Assembly: GCA_001823065.1 (NCBI GenBank)
Contig: MHTJ01000002.1
Span: 53,532-117,531, forward strand
Direction of reading: 5' to 3'
Length of the DNA stretch: 64,000 bases
Source of the DNA: Candidatus Vogelbacteria bacterium RIFOXYD1_FULL_44_32
GTDB taxonomy: Bacteria; Patescibacteriota; Minisyncoccia; Phycocordibacterales; XYD1-FULL-46-19
Shown piece by piece: positions 44,919 through 53,401 of this stretch (within the stretch, counting starts at the first letter, position 1; every line of letters begins with the position of its first letter). The position numbers and the translations under genes were made by a program. The notes beneath the pieces are model-generated. The model was not told the DNA's origin and did no database searches. It worked only from the letters and a program-made list of their open reading frames with translations.

Positions 44919-46460
44919 ATGTTTGCTACAACCAAATCTGCCCAACTCATCGGCCTTACGGCCGATGTTATTGGTATAGAAGTGGATATCGGCAAGGGCT
45001 TACATTCTTTTTCGATTGTCGGTCTCGCCGACAAAGCTATTGATGAAGCCAAAGACCGAATCAATGCCGCGATTAAAAATTCCGGTTTCAAAGCCCCCGC
45101 CAAAGGCAACAAGAAAATTGTGGTGTCACTGGCGCCAGCGGATATTAAAAAGACTGGCACCCACTTTGATGTTGGTATTGCCTTAGGCTTTCTCCTTGCT
45201 AATGGTGATATTAAATTTGATCCGACCAATAAACTTTTTTTAGGTGAGCTTGCCCTCGATGGGCGCATCCGCCCCATTCGCGGGACGTTATTCCTTGCCC
45301 AAAAAGCGCGCGACGCCGGTTTCACTGAAATTTATGTTCCCAAAGAAAACACCAAAGAAGCTGCTCTGATTGATGGCCTCGTCGTCTACGGTGCCGAGAC
45401 ATTGCGTGAGCTAGTCGACCATCTCTTTCCCTCAATCGACCCTGATGCCAAAAGGGTTTCATCTAACCTTGTCCCCGCCAAACGGACCGTAGTGAAAGCA
45501 AAAACCAGCGAACCAGAAATAGATATGGCCGATGTTAAAGGTCAAGCTGGTGCGAAGCGGGGACTTCTTATTGCCGCCGCTGGTGGACACAACGTGGCCA
45601 TGTTTGGTCCACCCGGTACCGGCAAGACCATGCTTGCTCGCGCTTTTGCCGGCATCTTGCCCCCACTTAATTTTGCGGAAATATTGGAAGCCACTGGCAT
45701 TCACTCGGCCGCGGGTGTTACTCGCACCCTAGTGGTACACCCACCCTATCGAGCCCCGCATCACACCGGCAGTTATGTGGCACTAGTGGGCGGGGGAACA
45801 AACCCTAGACCGGGCGAAATAACTCTCGCCCACACCGGTGTTTTGTTTCTCGATGAATTTCCTGAGTTTGATAAAAAAGTTTTAGAAGCCTTGCGCCAAC
45901 CACTGGAAGACCGGCGGGTGACCGTGGCTCGTGCCAAACACACCATCGACTTTCCCGCTCGATTTATTTTGGTCGCCGCTATGAACCCTTGCCCTTGTGG
46001 CTTCCGCGGGGCGAAAGCCAGAAACTGTGTTTGTGCCCCGCGCGACATTGCCCGCTACGAGAGAAAGTTGTCGGGCCCAATTGTGGACCGGATTGATGTG
46101 TGGCTTCAGGTGGCCGAAGTTAAACACGCCGACCTGTCGGCCGAGACCAAGGAAAAAACTTCCGCCGAGCTAAGTGAGAAGGTAAAAAAAGCGAGAGAAA
46201 TACAAGAAAAAAGATTTGCTGATACTAATATAAATTTAAACGCCGAAATGTCGGCCAAGCAATTGACTCAGTTTGTAAAACTATCCAAAGAATTAACTAA
46301 CCTTTTAAATACTTCCGCCGAGCGCCTCGGCCTGTCCGCCCGCGCCTACCACCGGGTTATCAAACTAGCGCGCACCATCGCCGACCTTGAAGCTTCGGCT
46401 GATATTAAAGAAAATCATCTTTTAGAAGCTTTGCAATATCGACCGAAAATTCAGAATTAG
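44919..46460 (+). CDS. comM: YifB/ComM family Mg-chelatase-like AAA+ ATPase
   Basis: Lon-like N-terminal domain, AAA core (GPPGTGKT), C-terminal ChlI-like domain. Confidence 0.9.
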   Translation: MFATTKSAQLIGLTADVIGIEVDIGKGLHSFSIVGLADKAIDEAKDRINAAIKNSGFKAPAKGNKKIVVSLAPADIKKTGTHFDVGIALGFLLANGDIKFDPTNKLFLGELALDGRIRPIRGTLFLAQKARDAGFTEIYVPKENTKEAALIDGLVVYGAETLRELVDHLFPSIDPDAKRVSSNLVPAKRTVVKAKTSEPEIDMADVKGQAGAKRGLLIAAAGGHNVAMFGPPGTGKTMLARAFAGILPPLNFAEILEATGIHSAAGVTRTLVVHPPYRAPHHTGSYVALVGGGTNPRPGEITLAHTGVLFLDEFPEFDKKVLEALRQPLEDRRVTVARAKHTIDFPARFILVAAMNPCPCGFRGAKARNCVCAPRDIARYERKLSGPIVDRIDVWLQVAEVKHADLSAETKEKTSAELSEKVKKAREIQEKRFADTNINLNAEMSAKQLTQFVKLSKELTNLLNTSAERLGLSARAYHRVIKLARTIADLEASADIKENHLLEALQYRPKIQN

Positions 46461-46609
46461 ATTTGATTGACTTTTTTATAATTTATTGTAGTTTATCTGA
46501 GGATAAGCTGTTTCCGGCGGTGCCAGAAATGAAGTGTTTAAATTTGGTCTAAAACCAAGTTCAAACGGGGACTAACCCCCCATTTCAATACCGGAAAGGA
46601 GATAGGACA

Positions 46610-47257
46610 ATGACAAAACTCGAACGGACCCTGTTGAGAAAAGGGGTTCTGGTGTTGATGCAATGCTGGGAAGATAAAATAATGGCACCAGGATTTGTTT
46701 CCTGGGACATCAAGCAGGCAAGAAAACTCTTTGCTTGCACAATCTTCCAAGCGTCATGTTCCTGCTTGGGAATATTAGCGAGGGCACTTGAAAGCCCAAG
46801 GATGGCCGGATCCTGTGTCGTACTTATCATAATGTGCGCACTTTGGGTATATTTGACCACCAAAACATTTCACCAAGAATTTCCTGAGGCCGACTCTATA
46901 CGTAACATAAGAAAGGCCCATGGCTATTCCCAATTTTCTTCGGCTCTGACTTGGTTTCTGAAAGACAAGCAGTCCTTAGAGTTACAATTGGGTTTTAACA
47001 CTGGCACCCTCTCTGACAATTCACTCAACCTACTAAAAAGCGGCGCGACCGAGCGTATGGTGATTTTGGCTTATGCGGTCCTTGTCGCCCAAGACAAGAG
47101 TGGCGTCGGCAGCCCAGAAGCCCTAGGAAGAATGGATTTTCTCAGGGAATCACAAAAAATACTCCTGAGATTTAATCTCATCGGAGAAGACTGGACCCCG
47201 TACTTTGACACCGCCAAAGAAAGGTATGGGCGGGAAAAAAAGTCTGCCACAACATAA
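46610..47257 (+). CDS. hypothetical Cys-rich protein
   Basis: Good SD (ggaaaggaga, 7 nt upstream); 215 aa. Confidence 0.55.
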   Translation: MTKLERTLLRKGVLVLMQCWEDKIMAPGFVSWDIKQARKLFACTIFQASCSCLGILARALESPRMAGSCVVLIIMCALWVYLTTKTFHQEFPEADSIRNIRKAHGYSQFSSALTWFLKDKQSLELQLGFNTGTLSDNSLNLLKSGATERMVILAYAVLVAQDKSGVGSPEALGRMDFLRESQKILLRFNLIGEDWTPYFDTAKERYGREKKSATT

Positions 47258-47288
47258 GACCGAGTCTTAAATTCTTCTCAAGTTTTTT

Positions 47289-47328
47289 GCCCGCCCGCGG
47301 ACCACACGGTTCCGCGGGCGGTTTTTAT
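47289..47328 (+). terminator. Rho-independent terminator
   Basis: gcccgcccgcgga-ccacacggt-tccgcgggcgg followed by ttttt. Confidence 0.7.
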
Positions 47329-47636
47329 TTCCCAACCCAGCGAACCCTCCTTTTTTTTGATTGTTGTGAAAGAAGTGACCTGTTTCCGCAACCGAGCGAG
47401 CCTAGTTCTGTTCCAAAACCTTGCGGAGGTGTCGGCCCGCCCGCCATCGCAAGCTCAGGCGTTGCGGGCGGGCCGGCAGGGTTTTGGCCTTGGGTATTTA
47501 CTCCAGCAGGAGCTAGGAAATGTTTTTCGCCGAGCCTTGCGCAAGGGCGACGGCCCGAGCAGAGCAAATTTTCAGCAGAAAATTATGTGTGCTCGCCGAA
47601 AAACATTTCCGAGCGACCTTATCCACAGGTAGATTG

Positions 47637-47666
47637 TTGACTAGTGAACGCTTGTTCACCTATACT
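47637..47666 (+). promoter_or_regulatory. SOS promoter: TTGACT, 18-nt spacer containing a LexA box GAAC-GCTT-GTTC (47646-47657; full palindrome gtgaacgcttgttcac), TATACT
   Basis: Cheo-type GAAC-N4-GTTC operator embedded in the spacer of a sigma70-like promoter directly upstream of the lexA operon. Confidence 0.7.
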
Positions 47667-47709
47667 ATAAACAAGCCAAACGGCCCTTATAAAAATAATT
47701 TAAATAAAT

Positions 47710-47904
47710 ATGACCTACCAACAATACACCAAATCTATTCAACGCGAACTGTCAGACATTAACCAAATCATTGACCGTAAAATAATCCACGGGCTGTCTT
47801 ACCGCCGGGAATCGCTCCGGCACAAGCGCCTAATTAGCGAGCTACGCCGGCGCCGCTCGACCAGTGGCTGGCGGTCCCTAATGTCTTTCGTTTCACTCTT
47901 CTAA
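47710..47904 (+). CDS. small Arg-rich protein (64 aa), first gene of the putative SOS operon
   Basis: MTYQQYTKSIQRELSDINQIIDRKIIHGLSYRRESLRHKRLISELRRRRSTSGWRSLMSFVSLF; lies between the LexA box and lexA. Confidence 0.4.
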   Translation: MTYQQYTKSIQRELSDINQIIDRKIIHGLSYRRESLRHKRLISELRRRRSTSGWRSLMSFVSLF

Positions 47905-47936
47905 TAAATAGCCGAGAAAATGTTAAAATCTATCTA

Positions 47937-48503
47937 ATGGTAAACAACCACAAACAAAAATTAGTTTCGTTTTATGAAAGACATAAACGCATGCCAACCT
48001 ATACCGAGATGATGAAACTGTTTGGCTATCGTTCCAAAAATGCAGTTTTCAAATTGGTAGCCAAACTAGAAGAAGCGGGGATAGTAGCCAAGGACCACTT
48101 GGGTAGGTTGCTACCCACCAACAGTTTTAATGAAGTGCCACTACTGGGCCTAGTCAAAGCTGGCTTTCCTTCGATGGTCGAAGAAGAACAAAATGACACC
48201 ATGAGTCTAGATGACTTTCTAATCCAGAAAAAAGAATCGACTTATATTTTAGAAGTTGATGGCGACTCGATGATCGACGCTCATATTAAACCCGGAGACC
48301 TAGTAATAGCCGAGCGCACCGAACAAGCCAAAGACGGCCAGATAGTGATAGCCGAAGTGGACGGCGAATTTACCATGAAATATTTCCGCCAAACCGGAAA
48401 CAAAACTTGGTTGGAACCCGCCAACAAAAAATACAAACCAATCTACCCAGAAAATGATTTGAAGATAACCGCTATAGTCAAAGGCGTCATTAGAAAATAT
48501 TAA
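47937..48503 (+). CDS. lexA: LexA repressor
   Basis: N-terminal wHTH; S24 peptidase domain with GDSM and VAEVDGEFTMKYF motifs. Confidence 0.9.
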   Translation: MVNNHKQKLVSFYERHKRMPTYTEMMKLFGYRSKNAVFKLVAKLEEAGIVAKDHLGRLLPTNSFNEVPLLGLVKAGFPSMVEEEQNDTMSLDDFLIQKKESTYILEVDGDSMIDAHIKPGDLVIAERTEQAKDGQIVIAEVDGEFTMKYFRQTGNKTWLEPANKKYKPIYPENDLKITAIVKGVIRKY

Positions 48504-48515
48504 TCACTAAATCCC

Positions 48516-49793
48516 ATGCCAAACTCTTGGCCCCGCGCTATTGTCCATATCGACGGCGACTGCTTTTTTGTTGCCTGCGAGGTGGCAAAAAATCCCAAAC
48601 TAAAGGGCCGCCCAGTGGTGGTGGGCGCCGACCGGGGTATTGCTTGTGCGATGAGCTACGAGGCAAAAGCCCTCGGTGTTACACGAGGTATGCCGGTGGG
48701 TTGGATTAGGAAAATTTGTCCTAGCACAATTATCCTCCCCGAGGACCCTGCCAGCTACACCTTGTACTCTCGTCGAATGTACGAGATTGTGCGTCGTTAC
48801 ACACCAGAAGTAGAGGAATATAGTATCGACGAATGCTTTGCCGACATTACTGGTATGCACCGTGTTCTACATAAACCTTATATCGAAATTGCCAAAGAGA
48901 TTCAACAAACCCTAAAAAGCGAACTCGGTTTAGACTTTTCGGTCGGCCTGTCGGTAAACAAAGTCCTTGCCAAGATTGCCTCCAAGAAACGAAAGCCGAA
49001 TGGTTTTACGGTTATTGACTGGCCTAGTATTGGCGACTATTTAAAAACAACATCTATCCAAAACCTGTGGGGTGTGGGTGGCCAAACAGCCAGACAGTTG
49101 TACAAACTAGGAATAAAAACTGCTTCTGATTTTGCTACCACCGCGGGCACTGAGATAGCCAAAAACTTTTCCAAACCGTACCAGGAAATATGGCATGAAT
49201 TGCAGGGCAAATTTATTTTTCTATTAAATACCAAAAGTCAGCCCAACAAAACATCAATCTCAAAAACCAAAACCTTTGGCACCACCTCTAGCGACCAACA
49301 CTTTGTCTATTCGGCCTTGTCGGCCAATATTGAAGGGGCATGTTCCAAACTGAGAAAGTCTAAATTGTTGACCGATAAAGTATCTATTTTTTTGAAGACC
49401 CAGCAGTTTGAGTATTACCACTTAGATTTTGTCTTACCATGGCCGACGGCCAACCCTAAAGATATTTTGGATATCTGCCACCAAAGATTTGCAGAAGTTT
49501 TTTCTAAAGACAAAAAATACCGCGCTACCGGTGTGACTTTGTCTGGCTTAAAACCAGCAAACACCGAAACCCTAAACCTGTTTGGCGAAGCCATAAGAAA
49601 AGAAAACAATAAAATTATTTATCACCATATTGACCTGTTAGACCATCGCTTTGGGGCCAATACTATTTTTCTTGCTTCATCTTTGTCGGCACTAAAATAT
49701 CAAAAAATAAAAGATGAGGGTTCATCTTCAAAAATATTTTCACTAAACAAAAAGAGGCACTTAGGCCTCTTGTCGTTGGGTAAGGTTACCTAA
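48516..49793 (+). CDS. dinB: Y-family DNA polymerase IV
   Basis: IVHIDGDCFFVACE catalytic motif; 425 aa. Confidence 0.9.
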   Translation: MPNSWPRAIVHIDGDCFFVACEVAKNPKLKGRPVVVGADRGIACAMSYEAKALGVTRGMPVGWIRKICPSTIILPEDPASYTLYSRRMYEIVRRYTPEVEEYSIDECFADITGMHRVLHKPYIEIAKEIQQTLKSELGLDFSVGLSVNKVLAKIASKKRKPNGFTVIDWPSIGDYLKTTSIQNLWGVGGQTARQLYKLGIKTASDFATTAGTEIAKNFSKPYQEIWHELQGKFIFLLNTKSQPNKTSISKTKTFGTTSSDQHFVYSALSANIEGACSKLRKSKLLTDKVSIFLKTQQFEYYHLDFVLPWPTANPKDILDICHQRFAEVFSKDKKYRATGVTLSGLKPANTETLNLFGEAIRKENNKIIYHHIDLLDHRFGANTIFLASSLSALKYQKIKDEGSSSKIFSLNKKRHLGLLSLGKVT

Positions 49794-49800
49794 AATTTAA

Positions 49801-50541
49801 TCACGCCCGAACTGGCACTTCTTTAATCAAATCCACCACCATCTGTTCATCATCAAACAGGTGATAGAGATCGGTATCCTCGGCATCAATCGTGTGGAAG
49901 CGACTGCGTAGCTCGGTATCAATCCAAGTGGTAAGTGGTTTCCAAAAATCGATACCAACTAAAATAATCGGTACCCACGGAATTTTTTTCGTCTGAACCA
50001 AAGTTAATATTTCAAACAATTCATCGAGCGTCCCAAACCCACCCGGAAAATAAACAAAAGCCTCCGACGAATAAGTCATGCAAACTTTACGGGTAAAGAA
50101 ATAATAAAAATCCTCGTGAGCGGTAACATAGGGGTTGGTCGATTGCTCCATTGGTAACTCAATCGTGAGACCAAGTGAATCGCCTCCGGCTTCCTTAGCG
50201 CCCCGATTGCCGGCCTCCATAATCCCCGGACCACCACCAGTAATAATCGCGTAACCTTCCTTAGCGAGCAGATTACCAAGGCGCCGAGCTTGCTCATAAT
50301 GCGGGTCAGTTTCCGGCAAGCGGGCCGAACCAAAAAAAGTTACTGATTTGGGATAAGATTTTACAAAATTAAAACCATCACTAAATTCTTTTTGAATAAC
50401 ACTAATCCTATGTTTAATATCCTGGTCAACATCATCGACAGTCAGGGTGTCAATCGGTAAATCTTTAGCTGGCAAGTTAATAATCTTTTTCTGGACCAAT
50501 TTGTCATCTATTTTTGCCGACTGACCGAAAAAATTAAACAT
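49801..50541 (-). CDS. LOG family protein (TIGR00730, cytokinin riboside 5'-monophosphate phosphoribohydrolase-like)
   Basis: VTFFGSAR...GGGPGIMEAGNRGA...PGGFGTLDELFE motifs. Start chosen at MFNFFGQ because a TATAAT box lies inside the longer ORF extension. Confidence 0.75.
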   Translation of the reverse strand: MFNFFGQSAKIDDKLVQKKIINLPAKDLPIDTLTVDDVDQDIKHRISVIQKEFSDGFNFVKSYPKSVTFFGSARLPETDPHYEQARRLGNLLAKEGYAIITGGGPGIMEAGNRGAKEAGGDSLGLTIELPMEQSTNPYVTAHEDFYYFFTRKVCMTYSSEAFVYFPGGFGTLDELFEILTLVQTKKIPWVPIILVGIDFWKPLTTWIDTELRSRFHTIDAEDTDLYHLFDDEQMVVDLIKEVPVRA

Positions 50542-50624
50542 AAAATTTTTGATTATAATTAAGTGTTTATATTTTAGCATAAAAGAAGCTGGGGCATTAT
50601 CCAGCCTTAAACACAAACAAACCA

Positions 50625-50797
50625 GAGCACTTGGCTCGGGTAAGTCGGGGCCAAGTGCTCTGTCGACAATAAAGGCCCGCTGGCGCGGGCTTTTATTGTC
50701 GACCTTGGGTTATTATCTAGATCCGCACACCAAGTTGTGCATTGTCGAGCCCCTACTCGACGTAACCTTGTTGCAATGTGCAACTTGGTGTGCGGAT
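50625..50797. terminator. three consecutive long hairpins: 50625-50660 (11-bp stem), 50662-50703 (19-bp stem) and 50721-50797 (77-nt imperfect palindrome)
   Basis: gagcacttggc...gccaagtgctc; gtcgacaataaaggcccgc-tggc-gcgggcttttattgtcgac; atccgcacaccaagttgtgcattg...caatgtgcaacttggtgtgcggat. Confidence 0.6.
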
Positions 50798-50859
50798 AGA
50801 TCACAAATGTAAATTGCCACTCGGCGCTAAAAGGGATTTCAGGCCCCGCCCTACAAATC

Positions 50860-51852
50860 TTAAAATGGATTTCGGGCACCGCGGATTTCGAAGTGGATAT
50901 GCGGACCAGTCGAGTTGCCAGACGAACCAAGCCGACCAATAGTCTGACCTTGAACTACCACCTGCCCAGGGGCCACCGCCACATCCAACATATGGCCGTA
51001 CAAAGTCTGGGTACCATTGTCATGACTAATCACCACATAGTTGCCATAACCACCATTCCAACCACCGGTCCGCGCCACAATCACAGTCCCAGCGGCGGCA
51101 GCGTAAAGCTCGGCCCCAGTTGTATTGGCTAGGTCTACCCCATTGTTGCCATGAATCCCTTGGGTTTTTAGACCACCAACCATCGGACGAATAAAATAAC
51201 CAGCGTAGGTCGGTAAAGTGGCGTATTTATTGGCCGTGGAAGGCGACGACCCATCTTTCTTGCCAGGGGTAGTGGGATTTTTCTTTAGTAATGGCAATTC
51301 ACCATGGGGCACAATAATTTCTTCACCAATCTTGAGCGAAGCATTTTGTTCTAACCCGTTGTAACTACCGATTTCTTCCGCATCGGCACCATAGAGTTTG
51401 GCAATTTTGGCAATAGTGTCACCACTTTTTACCATATGACGAACACCCGAGATTGGGAGAATAACCAACACATCACCCTCGGCAATCGCACTGGTTTTTT
51501 TGATATTGTTGGCCCACATTATGGTGTTCACCGACACCCCATACATATCAGCGATTTCGGACAAAGTATCACCGCTTTTAACTGTATAAGTACTAATTTG
51601 GTCGTTTTTAGGGATGAAAATAGTAGCACCGGCGGTACCAGCTGGACCGACATTGGGCACTAAAGCTGAGCCATCTTCTACCAACAGTGGCCCACCCCGA
51701 CCAAAGAAGGGACTAGGGGAATGGACTGGTTCCAAAAGAGCCATTTTTTGCGAATTTAAAACTGTCGCCGACTGTAAAGCGACCAAGCTAGGGTTTTGAC
51801 TGGAGCCAAAACCAAAAAAACCAGCATAAGCTGTCCTGTAGACTAAAACCAT
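50860..51852 (-). CDS. M23 family metallopeptidase with two LysM domains
   Basis: LysM repeats (YTVKSGDTLSEIA..., VKSGDTIAKIA...); M23 HxxxD...HxH motifs (GIHGNNGVDL...GPHIHFEI). Confidence 0.85.
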   Translation of the reverse strand: MVLVYRTAYAGFFGFGSSQNPSLVALQSATVLNSQKMALLEPVHSPSPFFGRGGPLLVEDGSALVPNVGPAGTAGATIFIPKNDQISTYTVKSGDTLSEIADMYGVSVNTIMWANNIKKTSAIAEGDVLVILPISGVRHMVKSGDTIAKIAKLYGADAEEIGSYNGLEQNASLKIGEEIIVPHGELPLLKKNPTTPGKKDGSSPSTANKYATLPTYAGYFIRPMVGGLKTQGIHGNNGVDLANTTGAELYAAAAGTVIVARTGGWNGGYGNYVVISHDNGTQTLYGHMLDVAVAPGQVVVQGQTIGRLGSSGNSTGPHIHFEIRGARNPF

Positions 51853-52127
51853 TAGGATTAAAACTACCCAAACAAAAACAAGCTTTTCCCGAAAAGCCTT
51901 GAAAATAAACGATATTTTACCGAAACGGCCACTTTTTGGCCTCGGTTTTGTAAATTTTCCTAAAATAAGCCTTGTTTTATATGGTAATTTCCGGGTATTC
52001 GGCCAGAATATGTTGGAAAATAACGATTTTCCCGGATATTAACCCTAGTGTCTCCCAACCTCTAAATGGTACCAAACCTATAAGAAATGACAACTAAAAA
52101 CGTAAGCCATGTGGAAAACTACTTTCA

Positions 52128-52156
52128 TTGACTTTTTTATATATAAATGCTATTAT
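52128..52156 (+). promoter_or_regulatory. near-consensus sigma70 promoter for the GC-rich islet
   Basis: TTGACT, 17-nt spacer, TATTAT; GGAGGAGAAA SD before the ATG at 52239. Confidence 0.55.
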
Positions 52157-52238
52157 ATTAAGTAGGCACAATATGGCATAGTGGGAATAATATCCCCGCT
52201 ACTACTTATTCAACCGCACCCTGACAACGGAGGAGAAA

Positions 52239-52685
52239 ATGAATACGTACGACCTGAAGAAAAAGCATCGTGTATCGGTGTGGATGAGTGATGATCAGTT
52301 CGACTTTTTCCTTGAACTCTGGTTTGCCAAAAAGCAGACCATTGCGGAAATTGTCGGGATGATTGAGCGAGTCGCGGACCTGTCGGCCCACGGTCTCGCT
52401 CCAACCTTCACCAATGTTCAGAAATTCTGCCGGTTTATGGACCTGCAATTTCCTGAACTTAGTGACAGGGAGGCGGTCCATTCACGACGACTCCAGCGTT
52501 ACATTGAGGACGACCGGTGTGTTTCTGCGAGTGAGTATTCAGGCTTTGAAGGGCGGCGGAATTTCCTGTCGGCCATTCTGACTGAAATCAAGGAGGTGCT
52601 AGAGAAGGATGAGGACAATGGCCCGCGTTTCGCGGACAGCTACTGGTTCAACCAGTACCGCCGGGCACTGAAAGAGAAACTTTAA
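52239..52685 (+). CDS. hypothetical protein, paralog 1 of a tandem pair (GC-rich, atypical codon usage)
   Basis: C-terminal DSYWFNQYRRALKEKL matches GAYWYKQYQGALELRRE of the next gene; local GC is clearly above the flanks. Confidence 0.65.
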   Translation: MNTYDLKKKHRVSVWMSDDQFDFFLELWFAKKQTIAEIVGMIERVADLSAHGLAPTFTNVQKFCRFMDLQFPELSDREAVHSRRLQRYIEDDRCVSASEYSGFEGRRNFLSAILTEIKEVLEKDEDNGPRFADSYWFNQYRRALKEKL

Positions 52686-52703
52686 AGAAGGGAAGGAAAC
52701 CGT

Positions 52704-53030
52704 ATGTTGAAGTCAGAAGTGAGCAGCTGTCTGAGTGAACTCCAGACGCTTGTCCGAGGGTTTGCCTTCGCTGTGTACTCGGGCGTGTTTGAACATCCGG
52801 AATCAGTAGAAGAGTTCGCCCTCAGCCTCCAGACCTTTTCCGAGTTCTTCTACGGATTGAAGCACTCGGACGACCCGACCTATGTGTCCGGGGAGTACGG
52901 GGACTATATCGGCTTACTTGTCGATCTCAAGTACCAACTTGAGCTCCTCGAGGATGACGAACGGCTCAGTGGTGCCTACTGGTATAAGCAATACCAGGGA
53001 GCACTTGAACTTCGTCGAGAAGCTGACTGA
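52704..53030 (+). CDS. hypothetical protein, paralog 2 of the tandem pair
   Basis: Shared C-terminal YW(F/Y)xQYxxAL motif; SD gaagggaagg. Confidence 0.65.
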   Translation: MLKSEVSSCLSELQTLVRGFAFAVYSGVFEHPESVEEFALSLQTFSEFFYGLKHSDDPTYVSGEYGDYIGLLVDLKYQLELLEDDERLSGAYWYKQYQGALELRREAD

Positions 53031-53240
53031 ACGTATTTTTGTCCAACATTGTTTGTTCGCAACCATCACCCGAACTTAGGGAGGTGGTTTTATTTTACCT
53101 AAAAATTATTTTAGTAATTAAATTTCTTTCTCCAACACAACATCCATTATTTTATAACCTTCTTTTTTGTATACATTTAAGGCTCTCTCATTTAAAGATG
53201 AGCCCACCAGTCTCAATCTTTTTACACCTTGGAGCAGAAG

Positions 53241-53265
53241 AAAAAGCCCGCTGGGGCTTTTTCTG
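53241..53265. terminator. Rho-independent terminator
   Basis: aaaaagccc-gctg-gggcttttt. Confidence 0.6.
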
Positions 53266-53401
53266 TGTTTGGAAAGGGAAGCTAGACGAGCCGAGCACCA
53301 CTTCAGAATATTATATAAAGTTACCTTTAAAGTTTTGGGGTTCAAATACCGTGATTCTACCTCTTACCTTTTTGTCTGAAGTGGGGCTTCGGCGAGCGTC
53401 C

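Noticed and set aside
47287-47762. ORFs on both strands across 47287-47762 (117, 80, 91, 80 aa)
   Set aside because: They mutually overlap in a GC-rich segment full of long inverted repeats, and the translations are Pro/Arg/Gly-rich. This is more consistent with a structured non-coding region and the SOS promoter.
53118-53345. 75-aa minus-strand ORF with a GNAT-like C-terminal motif (NERALNVYKKEGYKI)
   Set aside because: The ORF spans a terminator hairpin (53241-53265) and lacks GNAT motif A. At most it is a C-terminal pseudogene fragment, with no promoter or SD.
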